From: Macrostomum lignano
Lineage: Eukaryota
Length of the DNA: 64,000 nucleotides
Reading direction: 5' to 3'
NCBI GenBank assembly: GCA_002269645.1
Contig: NIVC01001263.1
Location: 298,743 to 362,742, forward strand
In this document: positions 13,890 through 28,886 of the stretch, one piece after another
How positions within the stretch are numbered: position 1 is the first letter of the stretch
Layout of the letters: the number at the start of each line of letters is the position of its first letter
Program-made: the position numbers and the translations under genes
The notes under the pieces: model-generated
The model's input: only the letters and a program-made list of their open reading frames with translations
What the model was told of the DNA's origin: nothing
The model's database searches: none

Positions 13890-16800
13890 CGCCATCAAAT
13901 GAGGCCGATGTTCGAGTGACCACACAAAATTTCAGTTGATGATTAACGAATCTTTGACAACCACCTCAGTTTTTCACGCCATCAAATGAGGCCGATGTTC
14001 GAGTGATCACACAAAATTTCAGTTGATGATTAACGAATCTTTGTCAACCACCTCAGTTTTTCACGCCATCAAATGAGGCCGATGTTCGAGTGATCACACA
14101 AAATTTCAGTTGATGATTAACGAATCTTTGTCAACCACCTCAGTTTTTCACGCCATCAAATGAGGCCGATGTTCGAGTGATCACACAAAATTTCAGTTGA
14201 TGATTAACGAATCTTTGTCAACCACCTCAGTTTTTCACGCCATCAAATGAGGCCGATGTTCGAGTGATCACACAAAATTTCAGTTGATGATTAACGAATC
14301 TTTGTCAACCACCTCAGTTTTTCACGCCATCAAATGAGGCCGATGTTCGAGTGATCACACAAAATTTCAGTTGATGATTAACGAATCTTTGTCAACCACC
14401 TCAGTTTTTCACGCCATCAAATGAGGCCGATGTTCGAGTGATCACACAAAATTTCAGTTGATGATTAACGAATCTTTGACAACCACCTCAGTTTTTCACG
14501 CCATCAAATGAGGCCGATGTTCGAGTGATCACACAAAATTTCAGTTGATGATTAACGAATCTTTGTCAACCACCTCAGTTTTTCACGCCATCAAATGAGG
14601 CCGATGTTCGAGTGGTCACACAAAATTTCAGTTGATGATTAACGAATCTTTGTCAACCACCTCAGTTTTTCACGCCATCAAATGAGGCCGATGTTCGAGT
14701 GATCACACAAAATTTCAGTTGATGATTAACGAATCTTTGTCAACCACCTCAGTTTTTCACGCCATCAAATGAGGCCGATGTTCGAGTGATCACACAAAAT
14801 TTCAGTTGATGATTAACGAATCTTTGTCAACCACCTCAGTTTTTCACGCCATCAAATGAGGCCGATGTTCGAGTGATCACACAAAATTTCAGTTGATGAT
14901 TAACGAATCTTTGTCAACCACCTCAGTTTTTCACGCCATCAAATGAGGCCGATGTTCGAGTGATCACACAAAATTTCAGTTGATGATTAACGAATCTTTG
15001 TCAACCACCTCAGTTTTTCACGCCATCAAATGAGGCCGATGTTCGAGTGATCACACAAAATTTCAGTTGATGATTAACGAATCTTTGTCAACCACCTCAG
15101 TTTTTCACGCCATCAAATGAGGCCGATGTTCGAGTGATCACACAAAATTTCAGTTGATGATTAACGAATCTTTGTCAACCACCTCAGTTTTTCACGCCAT
15201 CAAATGAGGCCGATGTTCGAGTGATCACACAAAATTTCAGTTGATGATTAACGAATCTTTGTCAACCACCTCAGTTTTTCACGCCATCAAATGAGGCCGA
15301 TGTTCGAGTGATCACACAAAATTTCAGTTGATGATTAACGAATCTTTGTCAACCACCTCAGTTTTTCACGCCATCAAATGAGGCCGATGTTCGAGTGATC
15401 ACACAAAATTTCAGTTGATGATTAACGAATCTTTGACAACCACCTCAGTTTTTCACGCCATCAAATGAGGCCGATGTTCGAGTGATCACACAAAATTTCA
15501 GTTGATGATTAACGAATCTTTGTCAACCACCTCAGTTTTTCACGCCATCAAATGAGGCCGATGTTCGAGTGATCACACAAAATTTCAGTTGATGATTAAC
15601 GAATCTTTGTCAACCACCTCAGTTTTTCACGCCATCAAATGAGGCCGATGTTCGAGTGATCACACAAAATTTCAGTTGATGATTAACGAATCTTTGTCAA
15701 CCACCTCAGTTTTTCACGCCATCAAATGAGGCCGATGTTCGAGTGATCACACAAAATTTCAGTTGATGATTAACGAATCTTTGTCAACCACCTCAGTTTT
15801 TCACGCCATCAAATGAGGCCGATGTTCGAGTGATCACACAAAATTTCAGTTGATGATTAACGAATCTTTGTCAACCACCTCAGTTTTTCACGCCATCAAA
15901 TGAGGCCGATGTTCGAGTGATCACACAAAATTTCAGTTGATGATTAACGAATCTTTGTCAACCACCTCAGTTTTTCACGCCATCAAATGAGGCCGATGTT
16001 CGAGTGATCACACAAAATTTCAGTTGATGATTAACGAATCTTTGACAACCACCTCAGTTTTTCACGCCATCAAATGAGGCCGATGTTCGAGTGATCACAC
16101 AAAATTTCAGTTGATGATTAACGAATCTTTGTCAACCACCTCAGTTTTTCACGCCATCAAATGAGGCCGATGTTCGAGTGATCACACAAAATTTCAGTTG
16201 ATGATTAACGAATCTTTGTCAACCACCTCAGTTTTTCACGCCATCAAATGAGGCCGATGTTCGAGTGATCACACAAAATTTCAGTTGATGATTAACGAAT
16301 CTTTGTCAACCACCTCAGTTTTTCACGCCATCAAATGAGGCCGATGTTCGAGTGATCACACAAAATTTCAGTTGATGATTAACGAATCTTTGTCAACCAC
16401 CTCAGTTTTTCACGCCATCAAATGAGGCCGATGTTCGAGTGATCACACAAAATTTCAGTTGATGATTAACGAATCTTTGTCAACCACCTCAGTTTTTCAC
16501 GCCATCAAATGAGGCCGATGTTCGAGTGATCACACAAAATTTCAGTTGATGATTAACGAATCTTTGTCAACCACCTCAGTTTTTCACGCCATCAAATGAG
16601 GCCGATGTTCGAGTGATCACACAAAATTTCAGTTGATGATTAACGAATCTTTGACAACCACCTCAGTTTTTCACGCCATCAAATGAGGCCGATGTTCGAG
16701 TGATCACACAAAATTTCAGTTGATGATTAACGAATCTTTGTCAACCACCTCAGTTTTTCACGCCATCAAATGAGGCCGATGTTCGAGTGATCACACAAAA

Positions 16801-19800
16801 TTTCAGTTGATGATTAACGAATCTTTGTCAACCACCTCAGTTTTTCACGCCATCAAATGAGGCCGATGTTCGAGTGATCACACAAAATTTCAGTTGATGA
16901 TTAACGAATCTTTGTCAACCACCTCAGTTTTTCACGCCATCAAATGAGGCCGATGTTCGAGTGATCACACAAAATTTCAGTTGATGATTAACGAATCTTT
17001 GTCAACCACCTCAGTTTTTCACGCCATCAAATGAGGCCGATGTTCGAGTGATCACACAAAATTTCAGTTGATGATTAACGAATCTTTGTCAACCACCTCA
17101 GTTTTTCACGCCATCAAATGAGGCCGATGTTCGAGTGATCACACAAAATTTCAGTTGATGATTAACGAATCTTTGTCAACCACCTCAGTTTTTCACGCCA
17201 TCAAATGAGGCCGATGTTCGAGTGATCACACAAAATTTCAGTTGATGATTAACGAATCTTTGTCAACCACCTCAGTTTTTCACGCCATCAAATGAGGCCG
17301 ATGTTCGAGTGATCACACAAAATTTCAGTTGATGATTAACGAATCTTTGTCAACCACCTCAGTTTTTCACGCCATCAAATGAGGCCGATGTTCGAGTGAT
17401 CACACAAAATTTCAGTTGATGATTAACGAATCTTTGACAACCACCTCAGTTTTTCACGCCATCAAATGAGGCCGATGTTCGAGTGATCACACAAAATTTC
17501 AGTTGATGATTAACGAATCTTTGACAACCACCTCAGTTTTTCACGCCATCAAATGAGGCCGATGTTCGAGTGATCACACAAAATTTCAGTTGATGATTAA
17601 CGAATCTTTGTCAACCACCTCAGTTTTTCACGCCATCAAATGAGGCCGATGTTCGAGTGATCACACAAAATTTCAGTTGATGATTAACGAATCTTTGTCA
17701 ACCACCTCAGTTTTTCACGCCATCAAATGAGGCCGATGTTCGAGTGATCACACAAAATTTCAGTTGATGATTAACGAATCTTTGTCAACCACCTCAGTTT
17801 TTCACGCCATCAAATGAGGCCGATGTTCGAGTGATCACACAAAATTTCAGTTGATGATTAACGAATCTTTGTCAACCACCTCAGTTTTTCACGCCATCAA
17901 ATGAGGCCGATGTTCGAGTGATCACACAAAATTTCAGTTGATGATTAACGAATCTTTGTCAACCACCTCAGTTTTTCACGCCATCAAATGAGGCCGATGT
18001 TCGAGTGATCACACAAAATTTCAGTTGATGATTAACGAATCTTTGTCAACCACCTCAGTTTTTCACGCCATCAAATGAGGCCGATGTTCGAGTGATCACA
18101 CAAAATTTCAGTTGATGATTAACGAATCTTTGTCAACCACCTCAGTTTTTCACGCCATCAAATGAGGCCGATGTTCGAGTGATCACACAAAATTTCAGTT
18201 GATGATTAACGAATCTTTGTCAACCACCTCAGTTTTTCACGCCATCAAATGAGGCCGATGTTCGAGTGATCACACAAAATTTCAGTTGATGATTAACGAA
18301 TCTTTGTCAACCACCTCAGTTTTTCACGCCATCAAATGAGGCCGATGTTCGAGTGATCACACAAAATTTCAGTTGATGATTAACGAATCTTTGTCAACCA
18401 CCTCAGTTTTTCACGCCATCAAATGAGGCCGATGTTCGAGTGATCACACAAAATTTCAGTTGATGATTAACGAATCTTTGTCAACCACCTCAGTTTTTCA
18501 CGCCATCAAATGAGGCCGATGTTCGAGTGATCACACAAAATTTCAGTTGATGATTAACGAATCTTTGTCAACCACCTCAGTTTTTCACGCCATCAAATGA
18601 GGCCGATGTTCGAGTGATCACACAAAATTTCAGTTGATGATTAACGAATCTTTGTCAACCACCTCAGTTTTTCACGCCATCAAATGAGGCCGATGTTCGA
18701 GTGATCACACAAAATTTCAGTTGATGATTAACGAATCTTTGTCAACCACCTCAGTTTTTCACGCCATCAAATGAGGCCGATGTTCGAGTGATCACACAAA
18801 ATTTCAGTTGATGATTAACGAATCTTTGTCAACCACCTCAGTTTTTCACGCCATCAAATGAGGCCGATGTTCGAGTGATCACACAAAATTTCAGTTGATG
18901 ATTAACGAATCTTTGTCAACCACCTCAGTTTTTCACGCCATCAAATGAGGCCGATGTTCGAGTGATCACACAAAATTTCAGTTGATGATTAACGAATCTT
19001 TGTCAACCACCTCAGTTTTTCACGCCATCAAATGAGGCCGATGTTCGAGTGATCACACAAAATTTCAGTTGATGATTAACGAATCTTTGTCAACCACCTC
19101 AGTTTTTCACGCCATCAAATGAGGCCGATGTTCGAGTGATCACACAAAATTTCAGTTGATGATTAACGAATCTTTGTCAACCACCTCAGTTTTTCACGCC
19201 ATCAAATGAGGCCGATGTTCGAGTGATCACACAAAATTTCAGTTGATGATTAACGAATCTTTGTCAACCACCTCAGTTTTTCACGCCATCAAATGAGGCC
19301 GATGTTCGAGTGATCACACAAAATTTCAGTTGATGATTAACGAATCTTTGTCAACCACCTCAGTTTTTCACGCCATCAAATGAGGCCGATGTTCGAGTGA
19401 TCACACAAAATTTCAGTTGATGATTAACGAATCTTTGTCAACCACCTCAGTTTTTCACGCCATCAAATGAGGCCGATGTTCGAGTGATCACACAAAATTT
19501 CAGTTGATGATTAACGAATCTTTGTCAACCACCTCAGTTTTTCACGCCATCAAATGAGGCCGATGTTCGAGTGATCACACAAAATTTCAGTTGATGATTA
19601 ACGAATCTTTGTCAACCACCTCAGTTTTTCACGCCATCAAATGAGGCCGATGTTCGAGTGATCACACAAAATTTCAGTTGATGATTAACGAATCTTTGTC
19701 AACCACCTCAGTTTTTCACGCCATCAAATGAGGCCGATGTTCGAGTGATCACACAAAATTTCAGTTGATGATTAACGAATCTTTGTCAACCACCTCAGTT

Positions 19801-22800
19801 TTTCACGCCATCAAATGAGGCCGATGTTCGAGTGATCACACAAAATTTCAGTTGATGATTAACGAATCTTTGTCAACCACCTCAGTTTTTCACGCCATCA
19901 AATGAGGCCGATGTTCGAGTGATCACACAAAATTTCAGTTGATGATTAACGAATCTTTGTCAACCACCTCAGTTTTTCACGCCATCAAATGAGGCCGATG
20001 TTCGAGTGATCACACAAAATTTCAGTTGATGATTAACGAATCTTTGTCAACCACCTCAGTTTTTCACGCCATCAAATGAGGCCGATGTTCGAGTGATCAC
20101 ACAAAATTTCAGTTGATGATTAACGAATCTTTGTCAACCACCTCAGTTTTTCACGCCATCAAATGAGGCCGATGTTCGAGTGATCACACAAAATTTCAGT
20201 TGATGATTAACGAATCTTTGTCAACCACCTCAGTTTTTCACGCCATCAAATGAGGCCGATGTTCGAGTGATCACACAAAATTTCAGTTGATGATTAACGA
20301 ATCTTTGTCAACCACCTCAGTTTTTCACGCCATCAAATGAGGCCGATGTTCGAGTGATCACACAAAATTTCAGTTGATGATTAACGAATCTTTGTCAACC
20401 ACCTCAGTTTTTCACGCCATCAAATGAGGCCGATGTTCGAGTGATCACACAAAATTTCAGTTGATGATTAACGAATCTTTGTCAACCACCTCAGTTTTTC
20501 ACGCCATCAAATGAGGCCGATGTTCGAGTGATCACACAAAATTTCAGTTGATGATTAACGAATCTTTGTCAACCACCTCAGTTTTTCACGCCATCAAATG
20601 AGGCCGATGTTCGAGTGATCACACAAAATTTCAGTTGATGATTAACGAATCTTTGTCAACCACCTCAGTTTTTCACGCCATCAAATGAGGCCGATGTTCG
20701 AGTGATCACACAAAATTTCAGTTGATGATTAACGAATCTTTGTCAACCACCTCAGTTTTTCACGCCATCAAATGAGGCCGATGTTCGAGTGATCACACAA
20801 AATTTCAGTTGATGATTAACGAATCTTTGTCAACCACCTCAGTTTTTCACGCCATCAAATGAGGCCGATGTTCGAGTGATCACACAAAATTTCAGTTGAT
20901 GATTAACGAATCTTTGTCAACCACCTCAGTTTTTCACGCCATCAAATGAGGCCGATGTTCGAGTGATCACACAAAATTTCAGTTGATGATTAACGAATCT
21001 TTGTCAACCACCTCAGTTTTTCACGCCATCAAATGAGGCCGATGTTCGAGTGATCACACAAAATTTCAGTTGATGATTAACGAATCTTTGTCAACCACCT
21101 CAGTTTTTCACGCCATCAAATGAGGCCGATGTTCGAGTGATCACACAAAATTTCAGTTGATGATTAACGAATCTTTGTCAACCACCTCAGTTTTTCACGC
21201 CATCAAATGAGGCCGATGTTCGAGTGATCACACAAAATTTCAGTTGATGATTAACGAATCTTTGTCAACCACCTCAGTTTTTCACGCCATCAAATGAGGC
21301 CGATGTTCGAGTGATCACACAAAATTTCAGTTGATGATTAACGAATCTTTGTCAACCACCTCAGTTTTTCACGCCATCAAATGAGGCCGATGTTCGAGTG
21401 ATCACACAAAATTTCAGTTGATGATTAACGAATCTTTGTCAACCACCTCAGTTTTTCACGCCATCAAATGAGGCCGATGTTCGAGTGATCACACAAAATT
21501 TCAGTTGATGATTAACGAATCTTTGTCAACCACCTCAGTTTTTCACGCCATCAAATGAGGCCGATGTTCGAGTGATCACACAAAATTTCAGTTGATGATT
21601 AACGAATCTTTGTCAACCACCTCAGTTTTTCACGCCATCAAATGAGGCCGATGTTCGAGTGATCACACAAAATTTCAGTTGATGATTAACGAATCTTTGT
21701 CAACCACCTCAGTTTTTCACGCCATCAAATGAGGCCGATGTTCGAGTGATCACACAAAATTTCAGTTGATGATTAACGAATCTTTGTCAACCACCTCAGT
21801 TTTTCACGCCATCAAATGAGGCCGATGTTCGAGTGATCACACAAAATTTCAGTTGATGATTAACGAATCTTTGTCAACCACCTCAGTTTTTCACGCCATC
21901 AAATGAGGCCGATGTTCGAGTGATCACACAAAATTTCAGTTGATGATTAACGAATCTTTGTCAACCACCTCAGTTTTTCACGCCATCAAATGAGGCCGAT
22001 GTTCGAGTGATCACACAAAATTTCAGTTGATGATTAACGAATCTTTGTCAACCACCTCAGTTTTTCACGCCATCAAATGAGGCCGATGTTCGAGTGATCA
22101 CACAAAATTTCAGTTGATGATTAACGAATCTTTGTCAACCACCTCAGTTTTTCACGCCATCAAATGAGGCCGATGTTCGAGTGATCACACAAAATTTCAG
22201 TTGATGATTAACGAATCTTTGTCAACCACCTCAGTTTTTCACGCCATCAAATGAGGCCGATGTTCGAGTGATCACACAAAATTTCAGTTGATGATTAACG
22301 AATCTTTGTCAACCACCTCAGTTTTTCACGCCATCAAATGAGGCCGATGTTCGAGTGATCACACAAAATTTCAGTTGATGATTAACGAATCTTTGTCAAC
22401 CACCTCAGTTTTTCACGCCATCAAATGAGGCCGATGTTCGAGTGATCACACAAAATTTCAGTTGATGATTAACGAATCTTTGTCAACCACCTCAGTTTTT
22501 CACGCCATCAAATGAGGCCGATGTTCGAGTGATCACACAAAATTTCAGTTGATGATTAACGAATCTTTGTCAACCACCTCAGTTTTTCACGCCATCAAAT
22601 GAGGCCGATGTTCGAGTGATCACACAAAATTTCAGTTGATGATTAACGAATCTTTGTCAACCACCTCAGTTTTTCACGCCATCAAATGAGGCCGATGTTC
22701 GAGTGATCACACAAAATTTCAGTTGATGATTAACGAATCTTTGTCAACCACCTCAGTTTTTCACGCCATCAAATGAGGCCGATGTTCGAGTGATCACACA

Positions 22801-25624
22801 AAATTTCAGTTGATGATTAACGAATCTTTGTCAACCACCTCAGTTTTTCACGCCATCAAATGAGGCCGATGTTCGAGTGATCACACAAAATTTCAGTTGA
22901 TGATTAACGAATCTTTGTCAACCACCTCAGTTTTTCACGCCATCAAATGAGGCCGATGTTCGAGTGATCACACAAAATTTCAGTTGATGATTAACGAATC
23001 TTTGTCAACCACCTCAGTTTTTCACGCCATCAAATGAGGCCGATGTTCGAGTGATCACACAAAATTTCAGTTGATGATTAACGAATCTTTGTCAACCACC
23101 TCAGTTTTTCACGCCATCAAATGAGGCCGATGTTCGAGTGATCACACAAAATTTCAGTTGATGATTAACGAATCTTTGTCAACCACCTCAGTTTTTCACG
23201 CCATCAAATGAGGCCGATGTTCGAGTGATCACACAAAATTTCAGTTGATGATTAACGAATCTTTGTCAACCACCTCAGTTTTTCACGCCATCAAATGAGG
23301 CCGATGTTCGAGTGATCACACAAAATTTCAGTTGATGATTAACGAATCTTTGTCAACCACCTCAGTTTTTCACGCCATCAAATGAGGCCGATGTTCGAGT
23401 GATCACACAAAATTTCAGTTGATGATTAACGAATCTTTGTCAACCACCTCAGTTTTTCACGCCATCAAATGAGGCCGATGTTCGAGTGATCACACAAAAT
23501 TTCAGTTGATGATTAACGAATCTTTGTCAACCACCTCAGTTTTTCACGCCATCAAATGAGGCCGATGTTCGAGTGATCACACAAAATTTCAGTTGATGAT
23601 TAACGAATCTTTGTCAACCACCTCAGTTTTTCACGCCATCAAATGAGGCCGATGTTCGAGTGATCACACAAAATTTCAGTTGATGATTAACGAATCTTTG
23701 TCAACCACCTCAGTTTTTCACGCCATCAAATGAGGCCGATGTTCGAGTGATCACACAAAATTTCAGTTGATGATTAACGAATCTTTGTCAACCACCTCAG
23801 TTTTTCACGCCATCAAATGAGGCCGATGTTCGAGTGATCACACAAAATTTCAGTTGATGATTAACGAATCTTTGTCAACCACCTCAGTTTTTCACGCCAT
23901 CAAATGAGGCCGATGTTCGAGTGATCACACAAAATTTCAGTTGATGATTAACGAATCTTTGTCAACCACCTCAGTTTTTCACGCCATCAAATGAGGCCGA
24001 TGTTCGAGTGATCACACAAAATTTCAGTTGATGATTAACGAATCTTTGTCAACCACCTCAGTTTTTCACGCCATCAAATGAGGCCGATGTTCGAGTGATC
24101 ACACAAAATTTCAGTTGATGATTAACGAATCTTTGTCAACCACCTCAGTTTTTCACGCCATCAAATGAGGCCGATGTTCGAGTGATCACACAAAATTTCA
24201 GTTGATGATTAACGAATCTTTGTCAACCACCTCAGTTTTTCACGCCATCAAATGAGGCCGATGTTCGAGTGATCACACAAAATTTCAGTTGATGATTAAC
24301 GAATCTTTGTCAACCACCTCAGTTTTTCACGCCATCAAATGAGGCCGATGTTCGAGTGATCACACAAAATTTCAGTTGATGATTAACGAATCTTTGTCAA
24401 CCACCTCAGTTTTTCACGCCATCAAATGAGGCCGATGTTCGAGTGATCACACAAAATTTCAGTTGATGATTAACGAATCTTTGTCAACCACCTCAGTTTT
24501 TCACGCCATCAAATGAGGCCGATGTTCGAGTGATCACACAAAATTTCAGTTGATGATTAACGAATCTTTGTCAACCACCTCAGTTTTTCACGCCATCAAA
24601 TGAGGCCGATGTTCGAGTGATCACACAAAATTTCAGTTGATGATTAACGAATCTTTGTCAACCACCTCAGTTTTTCACGCCATCAAATGAGGCCGATGTT
24701 CGAGTGATCACACAAAATTTCAGTTGATGATTAACGAATCTTTGTCAACCACCTCAGTTTTCACGCCATCAAATGAGGCCGATGTTCGAGTGATCACACA
24801 AAATTTCAGTTGATGATTAACGAATCTTTGTCAACCACCTCAGTTTTTCACGCCATCAAATGAGGCCGATGTTCGAGTGATCACACAAAATTTCAGTTGA
24901 TGATTAACGAATCTTTGTCAACCACCTCAGTTTTTCACGCCATCAAATGAGGCCGATGTTCGAGTGATCACACAAAATTTCAGTTGATGATTAACGAATC
25001 TTTGTCAACCACCTCAGTTTTTCACGCCATCAAATGAGGCCGATGTTCGAGTGATCACACAAAATTTCAGTTGATGATTAACGAATCTTTGTCAACCACC
25101 TCAGTTTTTCACGCCATCAAATGAGGCCGATGTTCGAGTGATCACACAAAATTTCAGTTGATGATTAACGAATCTTTGTCAACCACCTCAGTTTTTCACG
25201 CCATCAAATGAGCCGATGTTCGAGTGATCACACAAAATTTCAGTTGATGATTAACGAATCTTTGTCAACCACCTCAGTTTTTCACGCCATCAAATGAGGC
25301 CGATGTTCGAGTGATCACACAAAATTTCAGTTGATGATTAACGAATCTTTGTCAACCACCTCAGTTTTTCACGCCATCAAATGAGGCCGATGTTCGAGTG
25401 ATCACACAAAATTTCAGTTGATGATTAACGAATCTTTGTCAACCACCTCAGTTTTTCACGCCATCAAATGAGGCCGATGTTCGAGTGATCACACAAAATT
25501 TCAGTTGATGATTAACGAATCTTTGTCAACCACCTCAGTTTTTCACGCCATCAAATGAGGCCGATGTTCGAGTGATCACACAAAATTTCAGTTGATGATT
25601 AACGAATCTTTGTCAACCACCTCA
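13890..25624 (+). repeat. 87-bp satellite DNA array, ~135 near-identical copies, truncated by an assembly gap
   Basis: Unit CACGCCATCAAATGAGGCCGATGTTCGAGTGATCACACAAAATTTCAGTTGATGATTAACGAATCTTTGTCAACCACCTCAGTTTTT; period 87 checked (13890 to 13977); no spacers. Confidence 0.98.
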
Positions 25625-26048
25625 NNNNNNNNNNNNNNNNNNNNNNNNNNNNNNNNNNNNNNNNNNNNNNNNNNNNNNNNNNNNNNNNNNNNNNNNNNNN
25701 NNNNNNNNNNNNNNNNNNNNNNNNNNNNNNNNNNNNNNNNNNNNNNNNNNNNNNNNNNNNNNNNNNNNNNNNNNNNNNNNNNNNNNNNNNNNNNNNNNNN
25801 NNNNNNNNNNNNNNNNNNNNNNNNNNNNNNNNNNNNNNNNNNNNNNNNNNNNNNNNNNNNNNNNNNNNNNNNNNNNNNNNNNNNNNNNNNNNNNNNNNNN
25901 NNNNNNNNNNNNNNNNNNNNNNNNNNNNNNNNNNNNNNNNNNNNNNNNNNNNNNNNNNNNNNNNNNNNNNNNNNNNNNNNNNNNNNNNNNNNNNNNNNNN
26001 NNNNNNNNNNNNNNNNNNNNNNNNNNNNNNNNNNNNNNNNNNNNNNNN
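25625..26048. other. Assembly gap (424 N)
   Basis: Run of N. Confidence 1.
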
Positions 26049-28886
26049 TAAAATTGAAAAATGCAGCAATATTGGGTTAATGGGTTAATGGGTTAATGAA
26101 AATAACAAAAGAATTAAGCACACGGGAAGACGCCGCCGGTGCGACGCAATTGAGCGAGGAGGCTAAACCGATGCAGAATGCATCCGCTGCAGAGTGCAGC
26201 CAGCCGACAGACGGCTCACCAGCTGGGCCGGTCCCGGTGGACCGCACGGGCGCGCCCCCGATGGGACGCAGAAGCCGCCCAGACACGCGCACAGAGGCGC
26301 AGAAAACCGGCACAGAGAAAAGAAGAACGCTGAAAAGCGCCTATGGCGTCCGGCTTCGAGGGCCGGCACCGCAACAGAATGGGATGTTTCACACGCTTAA
26401 AAAAAGAAGTGAAGAGACTGACGGCGAATGCGAAACAAGGAACAGACTGCTATAAACAGCGAATACAAATACATGAATGATGAAAATAGAAATTAACGTA
26501 TTGCAGTACACGAATATTTGTAAACAGTTATTTAATATTATTAAACAACTTATTAAGGTGGCGGCAACTACAAACTAACCAAGATAGTACAAATTCTCAG
26601 TCTATGCAAAAAGTAATTGAAGTTGTAGCGTAAAGTATCAATCTTAGAAAGTACATGTACGCTAGATTTATTTTTAGAATTAGAATTTTCGAGAAATTAC
26701 TTTTTTAGTGCAAAGTTAAAGTTTATTCCAGAAATTTCCTTTAGTTTAATTAAATGTTAGTTTTACTGCTTAATATTAGGTATAAAATTTATTGTTGTCA
26801 TATTTATTAATGCATTTGTACGGTAGTGTTACGTAATATCATTTTGTTGTAACTAACGAAACTTCTAGAAATTCCCGGTTATACTCAGTTCAGTACTATA
26901 AATAAACGTAACCTAAGTACTTCAACTCTTTAAGTGATTCTGTTCATACAGAAAACACAGAGCCACCGCCTTTGCTCTTTATCTTCATCAACTAACGCTA
27001 CAAAGTGATAAGAAAAGTGGGTGAAAATCACAGTATTCAGAAAACGATAATTACGAAATAAAATGTACATATGTGTCATGGTTTCGGCCTTTTCGGCTCC
27101 TTTGTGGAAGCCTTCGGGCCTCAGGTCTCAGAAATGAATCCATTAGAGTCCTGGCCCCCCACTCCCGTCAGATGGTCAGCCCCATGGTAGCTTGATCTGT
27201 GGCGAGCAGTCTAGGTCCTATAGCTAAGAGAGGGACAGCGAGAGACAAGCAGGGAGAATTTAGGCGCAGGTGGCTGTCAGACCAGCTCAAAAGAAATGAT
27301 TTAATGATTTATGACCCCAAAAGCAGCAAAAAAACCGCACCTATGTTATTATAACTACAAGTATGGCAGATTCATATAGCTACAAAAGTCCTACTAGCAT
27401 GAATTCTAGAAAAATTACAAAAAATGAGAAAAACGCTCATAGCCTGCTCTTAGTAGGCTAGTAAGTTTGGAGCCCATGTGCGAGCGTGAAATTTGGATAA
27501 AATTGCGTCCTCATTATGTGCATTCACAATTAAAATAACAACTTTATCTGCACTTGACGGTAAAAAACTTAACAGCTTAAGCTGACTAGGCCTGCCACAC
27601 TGGCATAGCAGGTAGCGCGATTCAGTCTGCGATTGGATTGAAATTGGGGTGGTCGCGCAAACACCTAGCGAGACTGAATGGAGTGATGACTCAAAGGTAC
27701 ACAGCGCACGCTTGCACTCGCGGCCCGCAACCTCTTCCAAAGAATTGCGTAGCCCAGAATCAAAAATTAAAAAATTAAAATTAACATAGAATCCTACTTC
27801 TTTGAACGAAAAACTTTATGAATATCGGTAGAGCAATAAGAAAGGCACAACAATCAAAAGATGAACACTGGATCTGCCACCTACTATCAAAAGCAATAAA
27901 AATTTTTGTGCTGAAAAAATGAAAACTCCTATCTCCGTAGTGTATTTTTTCGGGAAAACCTGCCTTTTAAAATTTTCTAAGAAACGAGGTTTCCCGTCCT
28001 TCTACTTAAGTCGTCCTTGGTCAGTGGTTTTTTTGCATTTTTCGAAACCAACCAATATACGGCTCGTATGGTTGCAGTGCAGATTGTCAAATGCTCAAAA
28101 TAACACCGTTTTAATCACTCAGCAGGTTTCCGCGTACACGTGATATGTAAACTCCCAAAGGGAAAGTTAGTTTTACTTTGCTGGCTTTACAGTTGTATAA
28201 AAGCGGATAGATAGCAATTGATTTTCGGTACATGTCTGGGGCTAAGAGTAGGAAATTAATTTAAATTGAAACTTCGTTGAATAAATGAAATTGTCAGAAA
28301 TTGTCAATTAAAATTAAAAGTGGCAAGAAATAATGACAATGCACTGAATTACCGTGGAGAAAAATGATTTGCAACAAGATGAAAGTTACTGCACTTAAAT
28401 TTTAAAGTATTGAATATAATTAGTTTACATTCAATTAAGGCTATTTGAACAAGCAAAGATACGATTCAGCCACTCGTATTTAGCCACTTTAGCTGTAACT
28501 CAAGAAACTGAGTTAACTGTCAAAACTGACAATTCTTGGAAGCATGTAAACAGAAGAAAACAAAAGATATACCTTAATAAAAGCTTATACTGGTGTAAGC
28601 ACTAAGGATATAAGCATATTTTGTTTAAGTTCTTAGGCCACCGATTTCAAAGGGCTTCCGATTCTAAGAAGTTTATAAAATTAAAGTCTTGGTGATAATT
28701 GTGATGCTGACGCCTGACTACTCTTCTGTACGACTGTAGGCCTAGTAGCTCAGCTGGTAGGGGTAGGGTAAAGTAAAAGATGTTTTGAATGGCCCACGAG
28801 ATAAATTATTTTCGAAAATAATAAAGAAGAAATATTGACTCTTTTAGGCCTCCTAGTCTTACATACTTAAACTTTGTCTTTGTAGG

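Noticed and set aside
13890-13976. 87-bp unit as a tRNA, C/D snoRNA or SL RNA gene
   Set aside because: GTTCGAG lacks a pairing T-stem and an A-box. TGATGA and CTGA lie on opposite strands. No recognisable spliced-leader/donor layout.
13890-25624. CRISPR array
   Set aside because: Head-to-tail identical units with no unique spacers, no cas genes, and a eukaryotic context.
25592-26080. ORFs spanning the N run
   Set aside because: Artefact of the gap.
26071-26096. (GGGTTAAT)x3 as a telomere seed or piggyBac end
   Set aside because: Only three copies beside a gap, not TTAGGG, and no partner end.
26096-26455. 119-aa ORF after the gap
   Set aside because: No recognisable domain or splice support; overlapping short ORFs on both strands of a GC-rich patch.
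28739-28800. tRNA gene (TAGCTCAGCTGGTAG A-box/D-arm)
   Set aside because: No anticodon arm, T-arm or matching acceptor stem; at most a tRNA-derived fragment.
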